Position numbers and translations under genes: made by a program. From NCBI GenBank assembly GCA_947503335.1, contig CANNCY010000001.1:1090958-1154957 (forward strand): a stretch of 64,000 nucleotides of DNA, given 5' to 3'. The stretch comes from an uncultured Pseudomonadales bacterium (GTDB lineage: Bacteria > Pseudomonadota > Gammaproteobacteria > Pseudomonadales > CANNCY01). Shown one piece after another: positions 1 to 9,369 of this stretch. Positions within the stretch are counted from its first letter, which is position 1, and each line of letters begins with the position of its first letter. The notes beneath the pieces were generated by a model, which worked only from the letters and a program-made list of their open reading frames with translations, was not told where the DNA came from and did no database searches.

Positions 1-716
1 AAGTGCTTTGAGAAGCGGTCGACATCAATGGTAGCTGACGTGATAATCAGCTTCAGATCTGGGCGCTTTGGCAGCAGCTGCTTTAAAAAACCCAGCAAGA
101 AATCGATATTAAGACTGCGCTCATGGGCCTCATCGACAATCAGTACTTCGTATTGACGCAACAATGGATCTTGCTGAATCTCGGCAAGCAAAATACCATC
201 AGTCATTAGTTTAACGCGGGTTTTATCAGTAGAATGATCTGTAAAACGAACCTGGTAACCAACGGCCTCGCCCAGTGTCTGGTGTAGTTCTTCTGCGATA
301 CGACTTGCCACTGTACGCGCAGCAATACGTCTTGGCTGGGTATGCCCGATACGCGCTTTGTTACCAAAACCCATGTCTAAGCATATTTTAGGTAATTGAG
401 TTGTTTTACCTGACCCTGTCTCGCCCGCTACTACAACGACCTGATGGCTACTAATAGCTTTCTTTATATTCTCTCGCGCGTCAGTTACTGGCAATCCTTC
501 TGGGTAGGTCACCTCTAAACGAGTGTCGGTCAACTGTTTAACTAGCGCTTGTGAGCGCTCAACCAATAAAGCTGTTTCTGCCTGCAGCTTCTCAGCTGGC
601 TTGTTTTGTCGCTGAAACTGATCGATCTTGCGCAACTTACGAAAGATCTCGGCCTTATCTCGGCCGTGGCATGCGTCCAACTGAGTTTGCAGGTCTTTAG
701 ATAATCTGTACTTCAT
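1..716 (-). CDS. hrpA: ATP-dependent RNA helicase HrpA, N-terminal part (runs off the window start)
   Basis: Manual translation from ATG at 716 (MKYRLSKD...) gives VAGETGSGKTTQLPK, HTQPRRIAAR, DEAHERSLNIDFLLG and SATID (DEAH-box motifs). Not in the ORF track because truncated. Confidence 0.93.
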   Translation of the reverse strand, partial: MKYRLSKDLQTQLDACHGRDKAEIFRKLRKIDQFQRQNKPAEKLQAETALLVERSQALVKQLTDTRLEVTYPEGLPVTDARENIKKAISSHQVVVVAGETGSGKTTQLPKICLDMGFGNKARIGHTQPRRIAARTVASRIAEELHQTLGEAVGYQVRFTDHSTDKTRVKLMTDGILLAEIQQDPLLRQYEVLIVDEAHERSLNIDFLLGFLKQLLPKRPDLKLIITSATIDVDRFSKH

Positions 717-801
717 AATCTTATTGTACGCGTTGTTACACGTGTTGTTCTACTTGAAGAAGTACTTGTTAGACCGAGTGGTCTTCTAATACACTAAATT
801 A

Positions 802-2016
802 TTGACCAAACAATTAGTAAAGGAATATCAATTGAAAGCCGTCTTTTACGTTATTACGCTCTGCACCATCTTCGTCGGCACAGCTTATGGTAAAGACTAC
901 CAAGCTATATACGATGAAATGTACAACGATTACTTGTCTCAAGATTCTTTAAATGCTCAATATAAGCTAATCACTAAACTGTACAATCTTCACTCAAAAA
1001 GAAAATTACATGTTCAGTCTTGGCAGGATCACCCCGGTTGCCTAGTCGCAGAGTCTGAATATCACAACCTATCTGCCTCTTACACTGCCGTTGAATCTTG
1101 CCTAGAACATCTGTCAGACAATGCCCCAGTACGTGCACTCACAATTCTTGACTCACTAATCGCCTATGCACCATACGACTACACCCAAAAACAAAGCGTT
1201 ATCGCGGGCTCAAGAATCAAAAGAAAAACCACCAAAACTAACAAAGGCCAACATCGATATTATAAACAAGCAAAGTTGTTGGCTCATAAAGTGTACAAGA
1301 ACGACAGCGAATCTCTAATCAACTATCTTTTTACGATTTCAAAGCGCCTTCATGACCAAGAATATAAACTAGGTGAGTTAGAGGAGTTAAACAAAAAAAT
1401 AGCATACGCTTCAAAATCGCCTGAGTTCGATACGATGATCATTGCCTTAGAATCGGCTATCGTTTTTTTAACTTTAGATCGCATCAACGATGCGCACTAT
1501 GCCCTATCTACCGCATACACAGACTTCACTCGTACTAAAAATGACAATCAACCCCTGCTGTCGACTGTCGATGCTGCTTTAAAAGAGATCGAAGCGATCG
1601 TTATGCTTGCGAAATTAGAGCTATTACTCGGCGACGAAAAAAAAGCTAGAACGCTGTTAACTGAGGCAGGCAAGAAATATCAAAATACATTAATGGGTGA
1701 ATTAGGTGTTGCAACGATGGTCTACCAAACTATACCCGACTATCCCAAAGAACTCTTAAACACTAAAAAGTCAGCACAAATAACTTTGAGAGGTGACATT
1801 GATGAAAATGGGGCATACACCAATATCGAAGTAATCGAAAATGATGGGCACTCGCTATTTGCCGCTCGTGCGATCGAGGCTGCCTCGCAAACGATCTACA
1901 TTCCCCTATATAAAAACGATAGTCCGACTGTGATAGAGGGTGTTTTACAATATGTAGACTTTAACAATATTCCTAGCAAGCCATCGCCCACCCCCTGGAC
2001 AACGACAATGTTTTAA
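802..2016 (+). CDS. Exported protein with helical (TPR-like) N-region and C-terminal TonB domain
   Basis: N-terminal hydrophobic signal; C-terminal ~90 aa (IPDYPKELL...ITLRGDIDENG...IEVIE...FAARAIEAASQTIYIP) fits the TonB_C pattern. TPR-like call is from helical character only. Confidence 0.7.
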   Translation: MTKQLVKEYQLKAVFYVITLCTIFVGTAYGKDYQAIYDEMYNDYLSQDSLNAQYKLITKLYNLHSKRKLHVQSWQDHPGCLVAESEYHNLSASYTAVESCLEHLSDNAPVRALTILDSLIAYAPYDYTQKQSVIAGSRIKRKTTKTNKGQHRYYKQAKLLAHKVYKNDSESLINYLFTISKRLHDQEYKLGELEELNKKIAYASKSPEFDTMIIALESAIVFLTLDRINDAHYALSTAYTDFTRTKNDNQPLLSTVDAALKEIEAIVMLAKLELLLGDEKKARTLLTEAGKKYQNTLMGELGVATMVYQTIPDYPKELLNTKKSAQITLRGDIDENGAYTNIEVIENDGHSLFAARAIEAASQTIYIPLYKNDSPTVIEGVLQYVDFNNIPSKPSPTPWTTTMF

Positions 2017-2019
2017 TGC

Positions 2020-2050
2020 AAAAAAAAGCGGGCCGACAAGCCCGCTTTTT
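2020..2050. terminator. Bidirectional intrinsic terminator between the TonB-domain gene and fadD
   Basis: AAAAAAAAGCGGGC-CGACAA-GCCCGCTTTTT: GC stem with A-run left and T-run right, between convergent genes. Confidence 0.9.
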
Positions 2051-2070
2051 GATGTGATCTAATGAGTAGA

Positions 2071-3762
2071 CTAACTATCGCGTAGCTCGCGACGCAATAT
2101 CTTACCAACGTTGGTTTTAGGTAGCTCATCTCTAAACTCAACCGACTTAGGCGCCTTATACGCCGTTAGATGCTCGCGCATATAACTGATTACATCTTTT
2201 TCAGTCAGGTTAGGGTTAGAGCTAACGACGAACATTTTAACCGCTTCGCCTGTTTTCTCGTCTTCTATGCCCACTGCAGCACACTCAGTAACATCTGGGT
2301 GGTGCATTAGTACGTTATCTAGCTCGTTAGGATATACGTTAAAGCCTGACACAATAATCATGTCTTTCTTACGGTCAACCAAGCGAACAAAACCGTCTGC
2401 ATCAAAGGTTGCCACATCGCCGGTGCGCAGCCAGCCGTCTTCATCAAGAATTTCAGCGGTGGCTTCGGGGCGCTGCCAGTAACCTTTCATCACCTGAGGG
2501 CCACGAACAGTAAGTTCGCCCTCTACGCCTTCGCCGGGCTCAAGATCGTTGCCTTCGTCGTCGACAATCTTGAACTCAGTGTTTGGCGTAGGAATACCGA
2601 TAGTGCCTAGGCGCTGACCACCCTGTGGGTTAATCGACGTTACTGGCGAGGTTTCGGTCATGCCATAGCCTTCGGTAACCATGTTGCCGGTTAGTTCTTT
2701 CCAGCGGTTAGCCGTATCGGCAGCCAACGCCATACCACCTGACATGGTTAGCTTAAGGTTCGACCAATCTACTTCTTTAAAGCTTGGGTTATTCATTAGA
2801 CCCACAAACAGGGTATTAAGGCCTGCAAAGATCGTGAAGTGAGTCTTTTTAAGCTCTTTGATAAAGCCTGGGATATCACGTGGATTCGCGATTAGATGCG
2901 TGTGGCCACCCTGCGAAAACGCCACCATACAATGCAAAGTGAATGCATAGATATGATAAAGCGGTAGCGGTGCAATCAACGTTTCTAAGCTACCTGGCTC
3001 AGAAATACTTTCGTAGGTTGGCTTAACTTGAACCATGTTCGCGACAAGATTCGCGTTAGTAAGCATCGCGCCCTTGGCAACACCTGTAGTACCACCTGTG
3101 TACTGAAGCACAACAGTTTCTTCGGCTGAGCGGTCAACACGCTTAAAAGAGTGCTTTGCACCTTTAGACAAAACTGAGCGTAACGTTTTGTGGTTCGGCA
3201 AGTTGTAGCTAGGCACCATCTTCTTGACGCGCTTAACGACAAAGTTGATTAATGGGCGCTTGATACCAGATAGTAAATCACCCATCTCAGTTACGATGAC
3301 TTCGCTAATATCTGTATCGCCAACTACTTCTTCTACCAGTGAGGCCATGTTGGCCAAAACAACGATCGCTTTAGCGCCCGAATCTTTAAACTGATGGCGC
3401 ATCTCTGTAGTGGTGTACAGAGGATTTGTATTTACAACAACCATACCTGCGCGAATCGCCCCAAAAACAACTACGGGATACTGAAGCACGTTAGGTAGCT
3501 GAACCGCTATACGGTCGCCAGGTTGTAGACTCGTTTCATTTTGCAGATAGGCTGCAAAATTAGCTGACATGGCATCAATGTCATCAAAAGTAAGGGTCTT
3601 ACCAAACGATGTAAACGCTGGGCGAGGGCCAAATTCGGCTATCGCCTGATCAAATACCTGGATTACAGATTCGTACTGATCAACGTCTACCTCGTTTGGG
3701 ATACCAAACTTAGAACGAGCGTCATTAAATAGTTGTTGCATAAATTTCTCCGCCTTCGGCAC
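2071..3762 (-). CDS. fadD: Long-chain fatty acid-CoA ligase
   Basis: YTGGTTGVAKG P-loop, EGYGMTETSP, GWLRTGD, RKKDMIIVSGFNVYP, PKTNVGKILRRELR. Confidence 0.92.
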   Translation of the reverse strand: MPKAEKFMQQLFNDARSKFGIPNEVDVDQYESVIQVFDQAIAEFGPRPAFTSFGKTLTFDDIDAMSANFAAYLQNETSLQPGDRIAVQLPNVLQYPVVVFGAIRAGMVVVNTNPLYTTTEMRHQFKDSGAKAIVVLANMASLVEEVVGDTDISEVIVTEMGDLLSGIKRPLINFVVKRVKKMVPSYNLPNHKTLRSVLSKGAKHSFKRVDRSAEETVVLQYTGGTTGVAKGAMLTNANLVANMVQVKPTYESISEPGSLETLIAPLPLYHIYAFTLHCMVAFSQGGHTHLIANPRDIPGFIKELKKTHFTIFAGLNTLFVGLMNNPSFKEVDWSNLKLTMSGGMALAADTANRWKELTGNMVTEGYGMTETSPVTSINPQGGQRLGTIGIPTPNTEFKIVDDEGNDLEPGEGVEGELTVRGPQVMKGYWQRPEATAEILDEDGWLRTGDVATFDADGFVRLVDRKKDMIIVSGFNVYPNELDNVLMHHPDVTECAAVGIEDEKTGEAVKMFVVSSNPNLTEKDVISYMREHLTAYKAPKSVEFRDELPKTNVGKILRRELRDS

Positions 3763-3831
3763 GCGCCACCCTTGAGTATAGATGGCTTTTACATCTGTGC
3801 CTGCTGCTATGTAGGTTGCTGTTTTAGCTTA

Positions 3832-5007
3832 TTATCGCGATAGCTCGGCCATCGCATTCTCTAACCCCCCAAGGGTTAGTGGGTACATTCGCTCTTCGAG
3901 CAGTTCGCGTATGATACTGATGGATTGGGTGTGACGCCAATGGTTTTCGGGGGTTGGGTTCAACCAAACGGTTTTTGGATAGGTTTCAGTAAGTCGTTTG
4001 ATCCAATCCATGCCGGGTTCTTCATTAAAATATTCAACACTGCCACCTGGGCTAAGTATCTCGTATGGCGACATCGACGCATCACCAATAAAGATAACCT
4101 TATAATCAGAACCGTACTTGTGCAGTACGTCGAGCATAGGTGTTGTCTCGCTAAATCGGCGATAGTTGTCTTTCCAGACGCGATCATAGGGGCAATTATG
4201 AAAATAGAAGTATTCCATATGCTTAAATTCGGTCTTAGCAGCCGAAAACAACTCTTCGCAGAGCCTAACGTATGGGTCCATCGAACCACCGACATCGAAG
4301 AAAATCAGCACTTTGACGGCATTATGGCGCTCTGGCACCATTTTGATATCCAAAAGCCCTGCGTTCTTAGCTGTCGAATTGATGGTATCGTCAATATCGA
4401 GCTGATCTTCGGCACCAGTGCGAGCAAACTTACGCAACCGCTTTAGCGCCATCTTGATGTTGCGAGTGCCTAGCTGAATACTGTCGTCATAATTGGCAAA
4501 TTGGCGCTGATCCCATACCTTAACGGCTTTCTTTTGGCCACCTTGCCCACCAACACGGATACCCTCAGGGTTATAACCACCATGACCAAAGGGGCTAGTG
4601 CCACCAGTGCCGATCCACTTGTTACCACCTTCGTGGCGTTTTTCTTGCTCTTTTAGGCGTTTTTCAAACTCTTCAATCAGCTTATCTAAGCCGCCCATCG
4701 ATTCGATGGCGGCCTTCTCTTCTTCTGACAGCTGTTTCATGAACTCCTGACGAAGCCAGTCATCAGGAATCAATGCCTCAACCAAGTCGTCAAAGGATTG
4801 AATCTCTTTAAAATAAGCGCCAAATGCTTTATCGAACTTATCGTAGTGCTTTTCGTCTTTCACCATGATGGTGCGCGACAGCATATAAAAGTCGTCGATA
4901 TCGCCCAGTACAAGTCTTGCCTCTAGTGCCTCAAGTAACGCTAAGTGCTCTTTTAGCGTGACCGGCACACCGGCACGACGAACGCCGTTAAAAAAACTAA
5001 GCAGCAT
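3832..5007 (-). CDS. VWA-domain protein, CoxE-like partner of MoxR ATPase
   Basis: MIDAS-like FFDVGGSMD, IFIGDASMSPYE, KWIGTGGTSPFG; shares one base with the upstream AAA gene. Confidence 0.85.
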   Translation of the reverse strand: MLLSFFNGVRRAGVPVTLKEHLALLEALEARLVLGDIDDFYMLSRTIMVKDEKHYDKFDKAFGAYFKEIQSFDDLVEALIPDDWLRQEFMKQLSEEEKAAIESMGGLDKLIEEFEKRLKEQEKRHEGGNKWIGTGGTSPFGHGGYNPEGIRVGGQGGQKKAVKVWDQRQFANYDDSIQLGTRNIKMALKRLRKFARTGAEDQLDIDDTINSTAKNAGLLDIKMVPERHNAVKVLIFFDVGGSMDPYVRLCEELFSAAKTEFKHMEYFYFHNCPYDRVWKDNYRRFSETTPMLDVLHKYGSDYKVIFIGDASMSPYEILSPGGSVEYFNEEPGMDWIKRLTETYPKTVWLNPTPENHWRHTQSISIIRELLEERMYPLTLGGLENAMAELSR

Positions 5008-5855
5008 TAGACGCGTGACTCACGGCGAGCCATAAATGCTAGTCGCTCAAGTAACTGAACGTCTTGTTCGTTTTTAATCAGCGCCCCGTATAACGGCGGA
5101 ATCGCCTTAGTAGGGTCTCGTTCGGCCAAGATATCGCCCGATAGATCGTCACTCATCAATAGCTTAAGCCAGTCGACTAGCTCTGAGGTTGATGGCTTCT
5201 TCTTTAGGCCAGGCACCTTTCGCACATCAAAGAATACATCTAACGCTTCAGACACTAGGTCGGTCTTTAATTTAGGAAAATGCACTGCAACAATCTGTTC
5301 CATCGTGGCTCGGCTTGGGAACGCAATAAAATGGAAGAAACAGCGACGCAAGAAGGCATCTGGTAGCTCTTTTTCGTTGTTTGATGTGATGATCACAATC
5401 GGGCGATGTTTCGCCTTGATGGTTTCGCCTGTTTCATACACATGAAACTCCATCTTATCGATTTCTAATAGCAGATCATTAGGAAACTCAATATCAGCCT
5501 TATCGATCTCATCAATCAATAGAACAACTTGCTCGTCAGCCTCGAAAGCCTCCCACAACTTGCCCTTTTTGATGTAGTTCTTGATGTCGTGAACCTTGTC
5601 ATCACCCAGCTGCGAGTCGCGTAAACGTGAAACTGCATCGTATTCGTATAATCCCTGCTGTGCCTTGGTTGTCGACTTAATATGCCACTGCACCAAGCGC
5701 ATACCCATCGAGCTTGCCACTTCTTCTGCAAGCATGGTCTTACCGGTACCCGGCTCGCCTTTAATCAATAGAGGGCGGCCTAGCGTAGCCGCGGCATTCA
5801 CCGCCATACTTAGATCGTCAGTTGCAACGTAGCGCTCAGTGCCTTTAAAGTTCAT
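5007..5855 (-). CDS. MoxR-family AAA+ ATPase (CoxD-like)
   Basis: Walker A GEPGTGKT, Walker B LLIDEIDKAD, TSNNEKELPDAFLRRC. Confidence 0.9.
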   Translation of the reverse strand: MNFKGTERYVATDDLSMAVNAAATLGRPLLIKGEPGTGKTMLAEEVASSMGMRLVQWHIKSTTKAQQGLYEYDAVSRLRDSQLGDDKVHDIKNYIKKGKLWEAFEADEQVVLLIDEIDKADIEFPNDLLLEIDKMEFHVYETGETIKAKHRPIVIITSNNEKELPDAFLRRCFFHFIAFPSRATMEQIVAVHFPKLKTDLVSEALDVFFDVRKVPGLKKKPSTSELVDWLKLLMSDDLSGDILAERDPTKAIPPLYGALIKNEQDVQLLERLAFMARRESRV

Positions 5856-5877
5856 AGATGCCTTCTTATTTTCTGAA

Positions 5878-6318
5878 TTATTCGACGCGGTTTACGTCAT
5901 TTAGGTGCATGATAACAACATCTCGCCCCTGTTCAGTCAAGCGTATAAAGTGACTGGCTATTTCTGCATTCACAGAATCTATATCACTCGGGCAAAAGCC
6001 GCCTTGACTGTAGAACCCTTCAAGATGTGACAACGCATAGCAGTAACAGTAACGACCCTGCAGCCATTGCACGACCCAGCTCAACAGACTAGCTCCAATC
6101 CCTTGGCCTCGTCGACTAGGATTTACCACCATAGCCCTCAAGAAAAAGCCCCAGGGTTTAGGCTGTAAACGCACCGCGCAAACCAGTACTTCGCCCTCAA
6201 GCCCAACAATCGTAACATCACCACGATCTGTTTTAGCTGAATACTTGGCGTGTTTATAAAACCGCTTTACGAGCGAAAGCTTCTCGGGCTGTACGAGCTG
6301 AAAGCGAATGTCTGACAT
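5878..6318 (-). CDS. GNAT-family N-acetyltransferase
   Basis: MVVNPSRRGQGIGASLL acetyl-CoA motif A; LEGFYSQGGF motif B. Confidence 0.85.
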   Translation of the reverse strand: MSDIRFQLVQPEKLSLVKRFYKHAKYSAKTDRGDVTIVGLEGEVLVCAVRLQPKPWGFFLRAMVVNPSRRGQGIGASLLSWVVQWLQGRYCYCYALSHLEGFYSQGGFCPSDIDSVNAEIASHFIRLTEQGRDVVIMHLNDVNRVE

Positions 6319-6325
6319 GGTTAAA

Positions 6326-8008
6326 TTATGCGTGCTTGGGTTTAAGATTGGCTCTGACAGCGGCTAATGCCGCACGAGCTGATTGGGTCCAGAACATACG
6401 CCATAGCCCCACCAGAATCAATATTAAGCCCGCATTGCCACCGATCATAATCGCCCATACCACCCAACTTGCCGAGGCTTCAGCAACAGGCTCAGATTGC
6501 TGAACGGGGGCTACAGGTTCAGGATCAGGCAACTGCACAACCTCTTCAACGACAGGCTCTGGTTCAATGACAGGTGCGTCAATCACGAAAAGTATACGCT
6601 GCGAGTAACGCTCGCCGGTAGTAAGGTCAACTTCTACCAACAGTTGATGACTACCGGGCGGTGTCTGAATACTACCCGACCACCCTGTGGCATTGGGTGT
6701 TAACACTAGACGTTGCGAGTCGTTTAACACTGCAAAAACGCGAGCATTTGAGGTGTCGCCCTTCGCCAACGCAATATCAATCTGAGTCACTTCACCCTTA
6801 GTATCTCTGTTGACTAAGATAAGGGGGTCGAACTGAATCTCTTTTCGCCATAGGCGTTCAAAAGTACGACCGTCAAGTAGCACTTCTACTTGATAGGTAG
6901 CAGCACGTTTTTGCGCTGCAAATGCCACAGGATAAACTCCCTCTGAATTAGGCTCGGCAACCACCCTTGCGTCTAATAGATGGCCCTCGCTATACAGCTC
7001 ACCTTTCACCTGTACCATGGCTTTAAGCGAAGCATCTTGCGGAATAGACTCACCCATTATTAGCGCCGCATTCAGCGCTATGTTTAAGGGCAGTTCTTGA
7101 TTAATCTCGCCTAATTCCACCTTTAACGCCAGATCACTTAAAATACTGACTCGCCCTTCAATACCACCATCATAATCTATATGCCAGCGGCCCGATGTGG
7201 GCTTGGTAACTGTAAACATCGTAAAGTCTGGCCCCTCAAAAAGGCGTGCTGACGGCAGTGATCTAGCGACATTACCATGGGGATCACGCAATACTATCTG
7301 ACTACCTTCTCGATGAAAAAGCAGTGCGGTAAACTCGTTTACGAAGGGGTCAACATTAAAATATTCGCCTCTAATAGCAAGCTGAATGGGCGGTGCAATA
7401 TTGTCGATGGTTTTACCGAAGAGCCGGCTCAACTGACTGGCGCTTTCTACCGCCGCGTAACTACCCTGAGTTAACTGCCCCATTTGGCGCATTAAACTTG
7501 TATCGAGGTTGCTACCAAGCCCTAAGCTATGCAATTGAATCTTTCGTTTCGACAGATCAGCAAGATGGTCATTAATAAGCTGCTTGCGGGCATCCTTATT
7601 AACCTCTGCATCATGGTCTACATCAAGCGCTCCATCGGTAAGTAGGATAATATGACCGTCACTTTGCAGCGCATCTCGGGCATGCTCTATGGCGGTCAAA
7701 AAATTGGTTCGCTGGCCGCGGCTATGGATCTTAGCCAGACTGCTCGCTGCGGCCCTTCGCCACATGGCATCTACCGGTGTTAAGGGCACCAATACAGTGG
7801 CTTCGCCATCAAACATCGCGATACCAGCCATGGTATCGGCAGGGAACATTTCGATCAGTAATTTAGCGGCATCAATGCGACGATCTAAAGGGTCATTTGT
7901 GCGCATACTGCCTGATACATCAACCAGCAGCACAACCCGTTCACTAGCCTGCGCAATACCTGCAAGTAAAGAGAGCAATATCGTTATTAGCACCCCTTTT
8001 CTAGTCAA
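6326..8008 (-). CDS. Exported VWA-domain protein with C-terminal membrane anchor (TIGR03503-like)
   Basis: Signal peptide; MIDAS LLVDVSGSM, T, LLTDG; Pro/Glu-rich linker; C-terminal TM helix and basic tail. TTG start. Confidence 0.75.
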   Translation of the reverse strand: MTRKGVLITILLSLLAGIAQASERVVLLVDVSGSMRTNDPLDRRIDAAKLLIEMFPADTMAGIAMFDGEATVLVPLTPVDAMWRRAAASSLAKIHSRGQRTNFLTAIEHARDALQSDGHIILLTDGALDVDHDAEVNKDARKQLINDHLADLSKRKIQLHSLGLGSNLDTSLMRQMGQLTQGSYAAVESASQLSRLFGKTIDNIAPPIQLAIRGEYFNVDPFVNEFTALLFHREGSQIVLRDPHGNVARSLPSARLFEGPDFTMFTVTKPTSGRWHIDYDGGIEGRVSILSDLALKVELGEINQELPLNIALNAALIMGESIPQDASLKAMVQVKGELYSEGHLLDARVVAEPNSEGVYPVAFAAQKRAATYQVEVLLDGRTFERLWRKEIQFDPLILVNRDTKGEVTQIDIALAKGDTSNARVFAVLNDSQRLVLTPNATGWSGSIQTPPGSHQLLVEVDLTTGERYSQRILFVIDAPVIEPEPVVEEVVQLPDPEPVAPVQQSEPVAEASASWVVWAIMIGGNAGLILILVGLWRMFWTQSARAALAAVRANLKPKHA

Positions 8009-8477
8009 ATCGACGTCTCCTTACGCGATGTATCAGCCCCCTTGTGTGCACGGCTGCGGGGGTAGGCGCATCGGCAAAGTTAGCCCACTTTGACGAGACA
8101 ACCTTTACACGCTGACTTAGCTTTGTATGCTTGTCGATACGCTTAAACGTACGCCTCACTACAAGCCAAATAACATAGGTAATCAGTGTTGCGATCGACG
8201 CCGCCTCAAATAAGCTCATTAGCGATTGCGCGACAGGTTTGGGGTCGCCCATACCGGTAAATACACTGGTGATGAGTAGTTTGGTCCATGCGGGGGCGAG
8301 CAACTCAGAGTTTTCTGCAATTCGGTATGGAAGCGCCAACAGCACCAAAAGATTTACCCTGAGCAGCCAACTAATCAATGACCATCGCCACTTTGTAGCT
8401 GACCAAACACATACAAAAGCAAGCGCAGCCGTTGCTGCGTACATCTGCCAAGCAAGCAAATAGGTTTCGTGAGACAT
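8001..8477 (-). CDS. Hypothetical membrane protein
   Basis: About three hydrophobic segments and a basic C-tail; overlaps the VWA gene start by 8 bp. Confidence 0.65.
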   Translation of the reverse strand: MSHETYLLAWQMYAATAALAFVCVWSATKWRWSLISWLLRVNLLVLLALPYRIAENSELLAPAWTKLLITSVFTGMGDPKPVAQSLMSLFEAASIATLITYVIWLVVRRTFKRIDKHTKLSQRVKVVSSKWANFADAPTPAAVHTRGLIHRVRRRRFD

Positions 8478-8605
8478 GCCGAGATACCACTGTTCGACTT
8501 ACCGAAACGTATGCCAGCCCCGGTAGCGAGGCTATTTCATACACCATTAATTTCAGTGTAGCAGAGCAAAATGAGGTATTTGGGCAGGATTAGAACAGGT
8601 ATGGA

Positions 8606-9052
8606 TTACTCAACCCAACTAATTATGTGCTCTTCAATGGCATCGGGATGAACATATTCTTCGCTAAGCGCGCGGCCTTTAATAGAGATACCTGCTTCGT
8701 GCACCGAGTTGGGATCGCCAGAAATCAAAGGGTGCCATTGCTCAAGAGGCTTACCTTCGGCTACTAGACGGTATGCACAGGTTTGTGGCAACCAATGAAA
8801 CTCGCCCACGTCTTCTGGTTGCAACCAAACGCAGTTGGGCACTAGCGTATTGCGATCTTGGTATTCGGTACAGCGACAATCATCGCTCATATAGCGACAA
8901 ACCACCTTGGTGTAATAAACGTCGCCTGTATCTTCGTCTTCAAGCTTATGTAAGCAGCACTTGGCGCAACCATCGCAAAGCGCCTCCCATTCTTCTCGAC
9001 TTAGCTCATCGAGCGATTTTTTAGTCCAAAAATTGGGTTCTAGCTGACTCAC
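8606..9052 (-). CDS. ycgN: YcgN family cysteine-cluster protein
   Basis: WEALCDGCAKCCLHKLED...CRY...CRCTEY...CVWL...WLPQTCAYRL. Confidence 0.9.
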   Translation of the reverse strand: MSQLEPNFWTKKSLDELSREEWEALCDGCAKCCLHKLEDEDTGDVYYTKVVCRYMSDDCRCTEYQDRNTLVPNCVWLQPEDVGEFHWLPQTCAYRLVAEGKPLEQWHPLISGDPNSVHEAGISIKGRALSEEYVHPDAIEEHIISWVE

Positions 9053-9066
9053 ACAACCTCCTTTAA

Positions 9067-9369
9067 CTATCGCTGCAACTTTGTGTTGGCTAACGCGATT
9101 GCTTGCATCTCTTCTTCTTTAGCAGGAGGGAGCTGCAGATAGTAGCCCTGCTCGCGAATGCCCTTCATCACCTTAGCAGCATCTGCTCGAGCAAGTTGTT
9201 TTTGCTCATCTAACACCAACACCATCACCGCAGTGGCATTGCCGAACAGATTCATCAACGCCTCGGGCACATTATCTAGCCCCTTCGCCTTTTCAACATA
9301 AAGATACATGTCGCCATCTTTGCTGCTGCGAAATACTTGGGTAATGATCTTGCCTTTTAGTGCACTCAC
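9067..9369 (-). CDS. ycgL: YcgL domain protein
   Basis: FRSSKDGDMYLYV...VPEALMNLFG...LARAD...QGYYLQLPP. Confidence 0.88.
   Translation of the reverse strand: MSALKGKIITQVFRSSKDGDMYLYVEKAKGLDNVPEALMNLFGNATAVMVLVLDEQKQLARADAAKVMKGIREQGYYLQLPPAKEEEMQAIALANTKLQR

Noticed and set aside
3925-4446. 173-aa antisense ORF, and similar shadow ORFs such as 7689-8093, 12008-12463, 19019-19414, 51393-51725, 61666-62121
   Set aside because: Lie on the opposite strand of well-supported genes with no motifs; expected shadow ORFs.
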